NCBI GenBank assembly: GCA_039621445.1
Contig: CP154954.1
Span: forward strand, 34,197,737 to 34,261,736
DNA length: 64,000 nucleotides
Source of the DNA: Euglena gracilis
Taxonomy: Eukaryota
Reading direction: 5' to 3'
A model generated the notes under the pieces. It had not been told where the DNA came from. It did no database searches and was given only the letters and a program-made list of their open reading frames with translations. Position numbers and translations under genes: made by a program. Below, in pieces: positions 36,601 through 51,600 of this stretch (its first letter is position 1; every line of letters begins with the position of its first letter).

Positions 36601-39600
36601 TGCACCCATCTAAATGTGCTCATTTCTTGCAACCAACGTTCCTGCTGCATGTTTTTCTTACCATTAAACCACGACAATCATGAAACCAACGGGTCCCCTG
36701 ACTTTGGAGGCCTCCTGGAACACCCATTCGGTTACTCGGAGTAAGGCCCAATTTGGTCCATTTTTACATGGTAACCTGGGCTGACCTGGTAAATGTCCCC
36801 CGGAATGGTCGAATGCACCCATCTAAATGTGCTCATTTCTTGCAACCAACGTTCCTGCTGCATGTTTTTCTTACCATTAAACCACGACAATCATGAAACC
36901 AACGGGTCCCCTGACGTTGCAGGCCTCTTGGAACACCCATTTGGTTACTCGGAGTAAGGCACATTTTCGTCCATTTTTACATGGTAACCTGGGCTGACCT
37001 GGTAAATGTCCCCCGGAGTGGTCGAATGCACCCACCCAAATGTGCTCATTTCTTGCAACCAACATTCCCGCTGCATGTTTTTCTTACCATTAAACCACGA
37101 CAATCATGAAATCAACGGGTACCCTGACTTTGGAGGCCTCCTGGAACACCTATTCCGTTACTCGGAGTAAGGCCCATTTTGGTCCAATTTTAAATGGTAA
37201 CCTGGGCTGACCTGGTAAATGTCCCCCGGAATGGTCGAATGCACCCATCTAAATGTGCTCATTTCTTGCAAGCAACATTCCCGCTGCATGTTTTTCTTAC
37301 CATTAAACCACGACAATCATGAAACCAACGGGTCCCCTGACATTGGAGGCCTCCTGGAACACCCGTTCGGTTACTCTGGAGTAAGGCCCATTTTGGTCCA
37401 TTTTTACATGGTAACCTGGGCTGACCTGGTAAATGTCCCCCAGAATGGTCGAATTCCCCCGTCTAAATGTGCTCATTTCTTGCAACCAACATTCCCGCTG
37501 CATGTTTTTCTTACCGTTAAACCACGACAATCATGAAACCAACGGGTCCCCTGACTTTGGAGGCCTCCTGGAACACCCATTCGGTTACTCGGAGTAAGGC
37601 CCATTTTGGTCCATTTTTACATGGTAACCTGGGCTGACCTGGTAAATGTCCCCCGAAATGGTCGAATGCACCCATCTAAATGTGCTCATTTCTTGCAACC
37701 AACATTCCCGCTGCATGTTTTTCTTATCATTAAACCACGACAATCATGAAACCAACGGGTCACCTGACTTTTCAAGGCCCCCTGGAAAACGCATTCGGTT
37801 ACTCGGAGTAAGGCCCATTTTGGTCCATTTTTACATGGTAACCTGGGCTGACCTGCTAAATGTCCCCCGAAATGGTTGAATGCACCCATCTAAATGTACT
37901 CATTTCTTGCAACCAACATTCCTGCTGCATGTTTTTCTTACCATTAAACCACGAAAATCATGAAATCAAAGGGTCCCCTCACTTTTGAGGCCTCCTGGAA
38001 CACCCATTCGGTTACTGGGAGTAAGGCACAATTTGGTCCATTTTTACATTGTAACCTGGGCTGACCTGGTACATGTCCCCCGGAATGGTCGAATGCACCC
38101 ATCTAAACGTGCTCACTTATTGCAACTAACATTCCTGCTGGATGTTTTTATTACCATTAAACCACGACAATCATGAAACCAACGGGTCACCTGACTTTGG
38201 AGGCCTCCTGGAACACCCATTCGGTTACTCGGAGTAAGGCCCATTTTGGTCCATTTTTACATGGTAACCTGGGCTGACCTGGTAAATGTCCCCCGGAATG
38301 GTCGAATGCACCCATCTAAATGTGCTCATTTCTTGCAACCAACATTCCTGCTGCATGTTTTTCTTACCATTAAACCACGACAATCATGAAACCAACGGGT
38401 CCCCTGACATTGGAGGCCTCCTGGAACACCCGTTCGGTTACTCTGGAGTAAGGCCCAATTTGTCCATTTTTACATGGTAACCTGGGCTGACCAAGTAAAT
38501 GTCCCCCGGAATGGTCGAACGCGCCCATCTAAATGTGCTCACCTCTTACAACCAAGACTCCTGCTGCATGTTTCTCTTACCATTAAACGAAGACGATCAT
38601 GAAACCAACAGGTCCCCTGACTTTGGAGGCCTCCTGGAACACCATTCGGTTACTCGGAGTAAGGCCCATTTTGGTCCATTTTTTCATGGTAAATTGGGCT
38701 GACCTGGTAAATGTCCCCCGGAATGGTCGAATGCACCCATCTAAATGTGCTCATTTCTTGCAACCAACATCCCCGCTGCATGTTTTTCTTACCATTAAAC
38801 CACGACAATCATGAAACCAACGGGTCCCCTGACTTTGGAGGCCTCCTGGAACACCCATTCGGTTACTCGGAGTAAGGCCCAATTTGGTCCATTTTTACAT
38901 GGTAACCTGGGCTGACCTGGTAAATGTCCCCCGGAGTGGTCGAATGCACCCATCTAAACGTGCTCACTTCTTGCAACTAACATTCCTGCTGGATGTTTTT
39001 TATTACCATTAAACCACGACAATCATGAAACCAATGGGTCCCCTGACTTTGGAGGCCTCCTGGAACACCCATTCGGTTACTCGGAGTAAGGCCCAATTTG
39101 GTCCATTTTTACATGGTAACCTGGGCTGACCTGGTAAATGTCCCCCGGAATGGTCGAATTCACCCATCTAAATGTGCTCACTTCTTGAAACTAACATTCC
39201 TGCTGCATGTTTTTCTTACAATTAAACCACGACAATCATGAAACCAACGGGTCCCCTGACTTTGGAGGCCTCCTGGAACACCCATTCGGTTACTCGGAGT
39301 AAGGCCCAATTTGGTCCATTTTTACATGGTAACCTGGGCTGACCTGGTAAATGTCCCCCGGAGTGGTCGAATGCACCCATCTAAACGTGCTCACTTCTTG
39401 CAACTAACATTCCTGCTGGATGTTTTTTATTACCATTAAACCACGACAATCATGAAACCAATGGGTCCCCTGACTTTGGAGGCCTCCTGGAACACCCATT
39501 CGGTTACTCGGAGTAAGGCCCATTTTGGTCCATTTTTACATGGTAACCTGGGCTGACCTGGTAAATGTCCCCCGGAGTGGTCGAATGCACCCATCTAAAC

Positions 39601-42600
39601 GTGCTCACTTCTTGCAACTAACATTCCTGCTGGATGTTTTTTATTACCATTAAACCACGACAATCATGAAACCAATGGGTCCCCTGACTTTGGAGGCCTC
39701 CTGGAACACCCATTCGGTTACTCGGAGTAAGGCCCATTTTGGTCCATTTTTACATGGTAACCTGGGCTGACCTGGTAAATGTCCCCCAGAATGGTCGAAT
39801 GCGCCCCGTCTGAATGTGCTCATTTCTTGCAACCAAGACACCCACTGCATGTTTTTTTTACAATTAAACCACTAAATCCATGAAACCAACGGGTCCCCTG
39901 ACTATGGAGGCCTCCAGGAACACCCATTCGGTTACTCGGAGTAAGGCCCATTTTGGTCCATTTTTACATGGTAACCTGGGCTGACCTGGTAAATGTCCTC
40001 CGGAGTGGTCGAATGCACCCGTCTATATGCGCACATTACCTGCAACCAACATTCCCGCTGCATGTTTTTCTTACCATTAAACCACGACAATCATGAAACC
40101 AACGGGTCCCCTGACTTTGGAGGCCTCCTGGAACACCCATTCGGTTACTCGGAGTAAGGCCCATTTTGGTCCATTTTTACATGGTAACCTGGGCTGACCT
40201 GGTAAATGTCCCCCGGAGTGGTCGAATGCAACCATCTAACTGTGATCATTTCTTGCAACCAACATTCCTGCTGGATGTTTTGTTTACCATTAAACCACGA
40301 CAATAATGAAACCAATGGGTCCCCTGACTTTGGAGGCCTCCTGGAACACCCATTGGGTTACTCGGAGTAAGGCCCAATTTGGTCCATTTTTACATGGTAA
40401 CCTGGGCTGACCTGGTAAATGTCCCCCGGAATGGTCGAATTCACCCATCTAAACGTGCTCACTTCTTGCAACTAACATTCCTGCTGCATTTTTTTCTTAC
40501 CTTTAAACCACGACAATCATGAAACCAACGGGTCCCCTGACTTTGGAGGCCTCCTGGAACACCCATTCGGTTACTCGGAGTAAGGCCCATTTTGGTCCAT
40601 TTTTACATGGTAACCTGGGCTGACCTGGTAAATGTCCCCCGGAATGGTCGAACGCACCCATCTAAATGTGCTCATTTCTTGCAACCAACATTCCCGCTGC
40701 ATGTTTTTCTTACCATTAAACCACGACAATCATGAAACCAACGGGTCCCCTGACTTTGGAGGCCTCCTGGAACACCCATTCGGATACTCGGAGTAAGGCC
40801 CATTTTGGTCCATTTTTACACGGTAACCTGGGCTGACCTGGTAAATGTCCCCCGGAACGGTCGAATGCATCCATCTAAATGTGCTCATTTCTTGCAACCA
40901 ACATTCCCGCTGCATGTTTTTCTTACCATTAAACCACGACAATCATGAAACCAACGGGTCCCCTGACTTTGGAGGCCTCCTGGAACACCCATTCGGTTAC
41001 TCGGAGTAAGGCCCATTTTGGTCCATTTTTACATGGTAACCTTGGCTGACCTGGTAAATGTCCCCCGGAACGGTCGAATGCATCCATCTAAATGTGCTCA
41101 CTTCTTGCAAGCAACATTCCCGCTGAATTTTTTTATTACCATTGAACCACGACAATCATGAAACCAACGGGTCCCCTGACTTTGGAGGCCTCCTGGAACA
41201 CCCATTCCGTTACTCGGAGTAAGGTCCAATTTGGTCCATTTTTGCATGGTAACCTGGGCTGACCTGGTAAATGTCCCCCGGAATGGTCGAATGCCCCAGT
41301 CTAAATGTGCTCATTTCTTGCACCCAACATTCACGCTGCATGTCTTTCTTACCATTAAACCACGACAATCATGAAACCAACGGGGTCCCCTGACTTTGGA
41401 GGCCTCCTGGAACACCCATTTGGTTACTCTGGAGTAAGGCCCATTTTGGTCCATTTTTACATGGTAACCTGGGCTGACCTGGTAAATGTCCCCCGGAATG
41501 GTCGAATGCACCCATCTAAATGTGCTCATTTCTTGCAACCAACATTCCCGCTGCATGTTTGTCTTACCATTAAACCACGACAATCATGAAGCCAACGGGT
41601 CCCCTGACTTTGGAGGCCTCCTGGAACACCCATTCGGTTGCTCTAGAGTAAGGCCCATTTTGTCCATTTTTACATGGTAACCCGGGCTGACCTGGTAAAT
41701 GTCCCCAGGAGTGTCCGAGTGCACCCATCTAATTGTGCTCATTCCTTGCAACCAACATTCCTGCTGCATGTTTTTTCTTATCATTAAACCACGACAATCA
41801 TGAAATCAACGGGTCACCTGACTTTGGAGGCCTCCTGGAACACCCATTCGGTTACTCTGGAGTAAGGCCGAATTTGGTCCATTTTTACATGGTAACCTGG
41901 GATGACCTGGTAAATGTCTCCCGGAATGGTCGAATACACCCATCTAAATGTGCTCATTTCTTGCAACCAACATTCCTGCTGCATGTTTTTTCTTACCATT
42001 AAACCACGACAATAGTGAAACCAACGGGTCCCCTGACTTTGGAGGCCTCCTGAAACACCCATTCGGTTACTGGAATAAGGCCCAAATTGGTCCATTTTTA
42101 CATGGTAACCTGGGCTGACCTGGTAAATGTCCCCCGGAATGGTCGAATGCACCGATATAAATGTGCTCATTTCTTGCAACCAACATTCCCGCTGCATGTT
42201 TTTCTTACCATTGAACCACGACAATCATGAAACCAACGGGTCGCCTGACTTTGGAGGCCTCCTGGAACACCCATTCCGTTACTCTGGAGTACGGCCCAAT
42301 TTGGGCAATTTTTACATGGTAACCTGGGCTGACCTGGTAACTGACCCCCGGAGTGGTCGAATGCACCCTTCTAAATGTGCTCATTTCTTGCAACCGACAT
42401 TCCTGCTGCATGTTTTTCTTACCATTAAACCACGACAATCATGAAACCAACGGGGCCCCTGACTTTGGAGGCCTCCTGGAACACCCATTCGGTTACTCTG
42501 GAGTAAGGCCCAAATTGGTCCAATTTTACATGGTAACCTGGGCTGACCTGGTAAATGTCCCCCGGAATGGTCGAATGCACCCATCTAAATGTGCTCATTT

Positions 42601-45600
42601 CTTGCAACCAACATTCCCGCTGCATGTTTTGTTTACCTTTAAACCACGACAATCATGAAACCAACGGGTCCCCTGACTTCGGAGGCCTCCTGGAACACCC
42701 ATTCGGTTACTCGGAGTAACGCCCAATTTGGTCCATTTTTACATGGTAACCTGGGCTGACCTGGTAAATGTCCCCCGGAATGGTCGAATGCACCCATCTA
42801 AATGTGCTCATTTCTTGCAAACAACATTCCCGCTGCATGTTTTGTTTACCATTAAACCACGACAATCATAAAACCAACGGGTCCCAGACTTTGGAGGCCT
42901 CCTGGAACACCCATTCGGTTACTCGGAGTAAGGCACAATTTGGTCCATTTTTACATTATAACCTGGGCTGACCTGGTAAATGTCCCCTGGAATGGTCGAA
43001 CGCACCCATCTAAATGTGCTCATTTCTTGCAACCAACATTCCCGCTGCATGTTTTGTTTACCATTAAACCACGACAATCATGAAACCAACGGGTCCCAGA
43101 CTTTGGAGGCCGCCTGGAACACCCATTCGGTTACCCGGAGTAAGGCACAATTTGGTCCATTTTTACATTGTAACCTGGGCTGACCTGGTAAATGTCCCCT
43201 GGAATGGTCGAACGCACCCGTCTAAATGTGCTCATTTCTTGCAACCAACATTCCCGCCGCATGTTTTTCTTACCATTGAACCACGACAATCATGAAACCA
43301 ACGGGGTCCCCTGACTTTGGAGGCCTCCTGGAACACCCATTTGGTTACTCTGGAGTAAGGCCCATTTTGGTCCATTTTTACATGGTAACCTGGGCTGACC
43401 TGGTAAATGTCCCCCGGAATGGTCGACCGCACGCATCTAAATGTGCACATTTTTTGCAACCAACATTCCCGCTGCATGTCCTTCTTACCATTAGACCACG
43501 ACAATCATGAAACCAACGGGTCCCCTGACTTTGGAGGCCTCCTGGAACACCCATTCACCATTTTTACATGGTAACCTGGGCTGACCTGGTAAATGTCCCC
43601 CGGAATGGTCGAATGCCCCAGTCTAAATGTGCTCATTTCTTGCAACCAACATTCCCGCTGCATGTCCTTCTTACCATTAGACCACGACAGACCCTGACTT
43701 TCGAGGCCTCCTGGAACACCCATTCAGTAACTCGGAGTAAGGCCCATTTTGGTCCATTTTTACATGGTAACCTGGGCTGACCTGGTAAATGTCCCCCAGA
43801 ATGGTCGAATGCACCCATCTAAATGTGCTCATTTCTTGCAACCAACATTCCCGCTGCATGTTTTCTTACCATTGAACCACGACAATCATGAAACCAACGG
43901 GTCCCCTGACTTTGGAGGCCTCCTGGAACACCCATTCGGTTACTCTGGAGTAACGCCCAATTTGGTCCATTTTTACATGGTAACCTGGGCTGACCTGGTA
44001 AATGTCCCCCGGAATGGTCGAATGCACCCATCTAAATGTGCTCATTTCTTGCAACCAACATTCCCGCTGCATGTTTGTCTTACCATTAAACCACGACAAT
44101 CATGAAACCAACGGGTCCCCTGACTTTGGAGGCCTCCTGGAACACCCATTCGGTTACTCTGGAGTAAGGCCCACTTTGGTCCATTTTTACATGGTAACCC
44201 GGGCTGACCTGGTAAATGTCCCCAGGAGTGTCCGAGTGCACCCATCTAATTGTGCTCATTCCTTGCAACCAACATTCCTGCTGCATGTTTTTTCTTATCA
44301 TTAAACCACGACAATCATGAAATCAACGGGTCACCTGACTTTGGAGGCCTCCTGGAACACCCATTCGGTTACTCTGGAGTAAGGCCGAATTTGGTCCATT
44401 TTTTCATGGTAACCTGGGATGACCTGGTAAATGTCTCCCGGAATGGTCGAATACACCCAACTAAATGTGCTCATTTCTTGCAACCAACATTCCTGCTGCA
44501 TGTTTTTTCTTACCATTAAACCACGACAATAGTGAAACCAACCGGTCCCCTGACTTTGGAGGCCTCCTGAAACACCCATTCGGTTACTCTGGAGTAAGGC
44601 CCAAATTGGTCCATTTTTACATGGTAACCTGGGCTGACCTGGTAAATGTCCCCCGGAATGGTCGAATGCACCGATATAAATGTGCTCATTTCTTGCAACC
44701 AAAATTCCCGCGGCATGTTTTTCTTACCATTGAACCACGACAATCATGAAACCAACGGGTCCCCTGACTTTGGAGGCCTCCTGGAACACCCATTCCGTTA
44801 CTCTGGAGTACGGCCCAATTTGGGCAATTTTTACATGGTAACCTGGGCTGACCTGGTAAATGACCCCCAGAGTGGTCGAATGCACCCTTCTAAATGTGCT
44901 CATTTCTTGCAACCGACATTCCTGCTGCATGTTTTTCTTACCATTAAACCACGACAATCATGAAACCAACGGGTCCCAGACTTTGGAATCCTCCTGGAAC
45001 ACCCATTCGGTTACTCGGAGTAAGGCACAATTTGGTCCATTTTTACATTGTAACCTGGGCTGACCTGGTAAATGTCCCCTGGAATGGTCGAACGCACCCA
45101 TCTAAATGTGCTCATTTCTTGCAACCAACATTCCCGCCGCATGTTTTTCTTACCATTGAACCACGACAATCATGAAACCAACGGGTCCCCTGACTTTGGA
45201 GGCCTCCTGGAACACCCATTCGGTTACTCTGGAGTAAGGCCCATTTTGGTCCCTTTTTACATGGTAACCTGGGCTGACCTGGAAAATGTCCGCCGGAATG
45301 GTCGAATGCACCCATCTAAATGTGCTCACTTCTTGCAACCAACATTCCCGCTGCACGGTCTTCTTACCATTAGACCACGACAATCATGAAACCAACGGGG
45401 CCCCTGACTTTGGAGGCCTCCTAGAACACCCATTCGGTTACTCGGAGTAAGGCTCATTTTGGCCCATTTTTACAAGGTAACCTGGGCTGACCTGGTATAT
45501 ATCCCCCGGGGTGGTCGAATGCACCCATCTAAATGTGCTCATTTCTTGCAACCAACATTCCCGCTGCATGTTTTTCTTACCATTAAACCACGACAATCAT

Positions 45601-48600
45601 GAAACCAACGGGGCCTCTGACTTTGGAGGCCTCCTGGAACACCCATTCGGTTACTCTGGAGTAAGGCACAACTTGGTCCATTTTTACATGGTACCCTGGG
45701 CTGACCTGGTAAATGTCCTCCGGATTGGTCGAACGCACCCATCTAAATGTGCACATTTCTTGCAACCAACATTCCCGCTGCATGTTCTTCTTACCATTAG
45801 ACGACGAAAATCATGAAACCAACGGGTCCCCTGACTTTGGAGGCCTCCTAGAACACCCATTAGGTTACTCGGAGTAAGGCCCATTTTGGTCCATTTTTAC
45901 ATGGTAACCTGGGCTGACCTGGTAAATGTCCCCCGGAATGGTCGAATGCACCCATCTAAATGTGCTCCTTTCTTGCAACCAACATTCCCGCTGCATGGTC
46001 TTCTTACCATTAGACCACGACAATCATGAAACCAACGGGTCCCCTGACTTTGGAGGCCTCCTAGAACACCCATTAGGTTACTCGGAGTAAGGCCCATTTT
46101 GGTCCATTTTTACAAGGTAACCTGGGCTGACCTGGTATATATCCCCCGGAGTTGTCGAATGCACCCATCTAAATGTGCTCATTTCTTGCAACCAACATTC
46201 CTGCTGCATGTTTTTCTTACCATTAAACCACGACAATCATGAAACCAACGGGGCCCCTGACTTTGGAGGCCTCCTGGAACACCCATTCGGTTACTCTGGA
46301 GTAAGGCCCAAATTGGTCCATTTTTACATGGTAACCTGGGCTGACCTGGTAAATGTCCTCCGGATTGGTCGAACGCACCCATCTAAATGTGCACATTTCT
46401 TGCAACCAACATTCCCGCTGCATGTTCTTCTTACCATTAGACGACGAAAATCATGAAACCAACGGGTCCCCTGACTTTGGAGGCCTCCTAGAACACCCAT
46501 TAGGTTACTCGGAGTAAGGCCCATTTTGGTCCATTTGTACATGGTAACCTGGGCTGACCTGGTAAATGTCCCCCGGAATGGTCGAATGCACCCATCTAAA
46601 TGTGCTCATTTCTTGCAACCAACATTCCCGCTGCATGGTCTTCTTACCATTAGACCACGACAATCATGAAACCAACGGGTCCCCTGACTTTGGAGGCCTC
46701 CTAGAACACCCATTAGGTTACTCGGAGTAAGGCCCAATTTGGTCCATTTTTACATGGTAACCTGGGCTGACCTGGTAAATGTCCCCCGGAATGGTCGAAT
46801 GCACCCATCTAAATGTGCTCATTTCTTGCAACCAACATTCCTGCTGCATGTTTTTCTTACCATTAAACCACGACAATCATGAAACCAACGGGGCCCCTGA
46901 CTTTGGAGGCCTCCTGGAACACCCATTCGGTTACTCTGGAGTAAGGCCCAAATTGGTCCATTTTTACATGGTAACCTGGGCTGACCTGGTAAATGTCCCC
47001 CGGAATGGTCGAATGCACCCATCTAAGTGTGCTCATTTCTTGCAACCAACATTCCCGCTGCATGTTTTTCTTACCATTAAACCACGACAATCATGAAACC
47101 AACGGGTCCCCTGACTTTGGAGGCCTCCTGGAACACCCATTCCGTTACTCGGAGTAAGGCCCATTTTGGTCCATTTTTACATGGAAACCTGGGTTGACCT
47201 GGTAAATGTCCCCCAGAATGGTCGAATGCATCCCTCTAAATATGCTTATTTCTTGCAACCAACATTCCCGCTGCGTGTTTTTTTTACCACTAATCCACGA
47301 CAATCATGAAACCAACGGGGCCCCTGACTTTGAAGGCCTCCCGGAACACCCATTCGGTTACTCTGGAGTAAGGCCCAAATTGGTCCATTTTTACCTGGTA
47401 ACCTGGGCTGACCTGATAAATGTCCCCCGTAATGGTCGAATGCACCCATCTAAATGTGCTCATTTCTTGCAACCAACATTCCGTCTGCATGTTTTTCTTA
47501 CCATTAAACCACGACAATCATGAAACCAACGGGTCCCCTGACTTTGGAGGCCTCCTGGAACACCCATTCGGTTACTCGGAGTAAGGCCCAATTTGGTCCA
47601 TTTTTACATGGTAACCTGGGCTGACCTGCTAAATGTTTCCCGGAATGTTCGAATGCACCCATCTAAATGTGCACATTTCTTGCAACCAACATTCCTGGAA
47701 CACCCATTCGGTTACTCGTAGTAAGGCCCAATTTGGTCCATTTTGACATGGTAACCTGGGCTGACCTGCTAAATGTTTCCCGGAATGTTCGAATGCACCC
47801 ATCTAAATGTACACATTTCTTGCAGCCAACATTCCTGGAACACCCATTCGGTTACTCGTAGTAAGGCCCAATTTGGTCCATTTTGACATGGTAACCTGGG
47901 CTGACCTGGTAAATGTCCCCCGGAATGGTCGAATGCACCCATATAAATGTGCTCATTTCTTGCAACCAACATTCCCGCTGCATGTTTCTTTTACCATTAA
48001 ACCACGACAATCATAAAACAAACCGGTACCCTGACTTTGGAGGCCTCCTGGAACACCCATTCGGTTACTCGGAGTAAGGCACAATTTGGTCCATTTTTAC
48101 ATGGTAACCTGGGCTGACCTGGTAAATGTCCTCCGGATTGGTCGAACGCACCCACCTAAATGTGCACATTTCTTGCAACCAACATTCCCGCTGCATGTTC
48201 TTCTTACCATTAGACCACGAAAAGCATGAAACCAACGGGTCCCCTGACTTTGGAGGCCTCCTAGAACACCCATTAGGTTACTCGGAGTAAGGCCCATTTT
48301 GGTCCATTTTTACATGGTAACCTGGGCTGACCTGGTAAATGTCCCCCGGAATGGTCGAATGCACCCATCTAAATGTGCTCATTTCTTGCAACCAACATTC
48401 CCGCTGCATGTTTTTCTTACCATTAAACCACGACAATCATGAAACTAACGGGTCCCGTGACTTTGGATGCCTCCTGGAGCACACATTCGGTTACTCGGAG
48501 TAAGGCCCATTTTGGTCCATTTTTACATGGAAACCTGGGTTGACCTGGTAAATGTCCCCCAGAATGGTCGAATGCACCCCTCTAAATATGCTTATTTCTT

Positions 48601-51600
48601 GCAACCAAAATTCCCGCTGCGTGTTTCTTTTACCATTAAACCGCGACAATCAAGAAACCAACAGGTCCCCTGACTTTGGAGGCCTCCTGTGACACCCATT
48701 CGGTTACTCTGGAGTAGGCCCATTTTGGTCCATTTTTACATGGTAACCTGGGCTGACTTGGTAAATGTCCCCCCGAATGGTCGAATGCACCCGTCTAAAT
48801 GTGCTCATTTCTTGCAAGCAACATTCCTGCTGCATGCTTTTCTTACCATTAAACCACGACAATCATGAAACCAACGGGTCCCCTGACTTTGGAGGCCTCC
48901 TGGAACACCCATTCCGTTACTCGGAGTAAGGCCCATTTTGGTCCATTTTTACATGGAAACCTGGGTTGACCTGGTAAATGTCCCCCAGAATGGTCGAATG
49001 CATCCCTCTAAATATGCTTATTTCTTGCAACCAAAATTCCCGCTGCGTGTTTTTTTTACCACTAATCCACGACAATCATGAAACCAACGGGGCCCCTGAC
49101 TTTGAAGGCCTCCCGGAACACCCATTCGGTTACTCTGGAGTAAGGCCCAAATTGGTCCATTTTTACCTGGTAACCTGGGCTGACCTGATAAATGTCCCCC
49201 GGAATGGTCGAATGCACCCATCTAAATGTGCTCATTTCTTGCAACCAACATTCCGTCTGCATGTTTTTCTTACCATTAAACCACGACAATCATGAAACCA
49301 ACGGGTCCCCTGACTTTGGAGGCCTCCTGGAACACCCATTCGGTTACTCGGAGTAAGGCCCAATTTGGTCCATTTTTACATGGTAACCTGGGCTGACCTG
49401 CTAAATGTTTCCCGGAATGTTCGAATGCACCCATCTAAATGTGCACATTTCTTGCAACCAACATTCCTGGAACACCCATTCTATTACTCGTAGTAAGGCC
49501 CAATTTGGTCCATTTTGACATGGTAACCTGGGCTGACCTGCTAAATGTTTCCCGGAATGTTCGAATGCACCCATCTAAATGTGCACATTTCTTGCAGCCA
49601 ACATTCCTGGAACACCCATTCGGTTACTCGTAGTAAGGCCCAATTTGGTCCATTTTGACATGGTAACCTGGGCTGACCTGGTAAATGTCCCCCGGAATGG
49701 TCGAATGCACCCATATAAATGTGCTCATTTCTTGCAACCAACATTCCCGCTGCATGTTTCTTTTACCATTAAACCACGACAATCATAAAACAAACCGGTA
49801 CCCTGACTTTGGAGGCCTCCTGGAACACCCATTCCGTTACTCGGAGTAAGGCCCAATTTGGTCCATTTTTACATGGTAACCTGGGTTGACCTGGTAAATG
49901 TCCCCCAGAATGGTCGTATGCACCCATCTAAATGTGCTCATTTCTTGCAACCAACATTCCTGGAACACCCATTCGGTTACTCGTAGTAAGGCCCAATTTG
50001 GTCCATTTTGACATGGTAACCTGGGCTGACCTGGTAAATGTCCCCCGGAATGGTCGAATGCACCCATATAAATGTGCTCATTTCTTGCAACCAACATTCC
50101 CGCTGCATGTTTCTTTTACCATTAAACCACGACAATCATAAAACAAACCGGTACCCTGACTTTGGAGGCCTCCTGGAACACCCATTCCGTTACTCGGAGT
50201 AAGGCCCACTTTGGTCCATTTTTACATGGTAACCTGGGTTGACCTGGTAAATGTCCCCCAGAATGTTCGAATGCACCCATCTAAATGTGCACATTTCTTG
50301 CAACCAACATTCCTGGAAAACCCATTCGGTTACTCGTAGTAAGGCCCAATTTGGTCCATTTTGACATGGTAACCTGGGCTGACCTGGTAAATGTCCCCCG
50401 GAATGGTCGAATGCACCCATATAAATGTGCTCATTTCTTGCAACCAACATTCCCGCTGCATGTTTCTTTTACCATTAAACCACGACAATCATGAAACCAA
50501 CGGGTCCCTGACTTTGGAGGCCTCCTGGAACACCCATTGGGTTACTCGGATTAAGGCCTAATTTGGTCCATTTTTACATGGTAACCTGGGCTGACCTGGT
50601 AAATGTCCCCCGGAGTGGTCGAATGCACCCATCTAAATGTGCTCATTTCTTGCAACCAACATTCCCGCTGCATGTTTTTCTTACCATTAAACCACGACAA
50701 TCATGAAACCAACGGGTCCCCTGACTTTGGAGGCCTCCTGGAACACCCATTGAGTTACTCGGAGTAAGGCCCAATTTGGTCCATTTTTACGTGGTAACCT
50801 GGGCTGACCTGGTAAATGTCCCCCGGAACGGTCGAATGCACCCATCTAAATGTGCTCATTTCTTGCAACCAACATTCCCGCTGCATGTTTTTCTTACCAT
50901 TAAACCACGACAATCATGAAACTAACGGGTCCCGTGACTTTGGATGCCTCCTGGAGCACACATTCGGTTACTCGGAGTAAGGCCCATTTTGGTCCATTTT
51001 TACATGGAAACCTGGGTTGACCTGGTAAATGTCCCCCAGAATGGTCGAATGCACCCATCTAAATATGCTTATTTCTTGCAACCAACATTCCCGCTGCGTG
51101 TTTCTTTTACCATTAAACGGCGACAATCATGAAACCAACGGGTCCCCTGACTTTGGAGGCCTCCTGTGACACCCATTCGGTTACTCTGGAGTAGGCCCAT
51201 TTTGGTCCATTTTTACATGGTAACCTGGGCTGACCTGGTAAATGTCCCCCGGAGTGGTCGAATGCACCCATCTAAATGTGCTCATTTCTTGCAACCAACA
51301 TTCCCGCTGCATGTTTTTCTTACCATTAAACCACGACAATCACGAAACCACGGGTCCCCTGACTTTGGAGGCCTCCTGGAACACCCGTTGGGTTACTCGG
51401 AGTAAGGCCCAATTTGGTCCATTTTTACATGGTAACCTGGGCTGACCTGGTAAATGTTTCCCGGAATGTTCGAATGCACCCACCTAAATGTGCACATTTC
51501 TTGCAGCCAACATTCCTGGAACACCCATTCGGTTACTCGTAGTAAGGCCCAATTTGGTCCATTTTGACATGGTAACCTGGGCTGACCTGGTAAATGTCCC

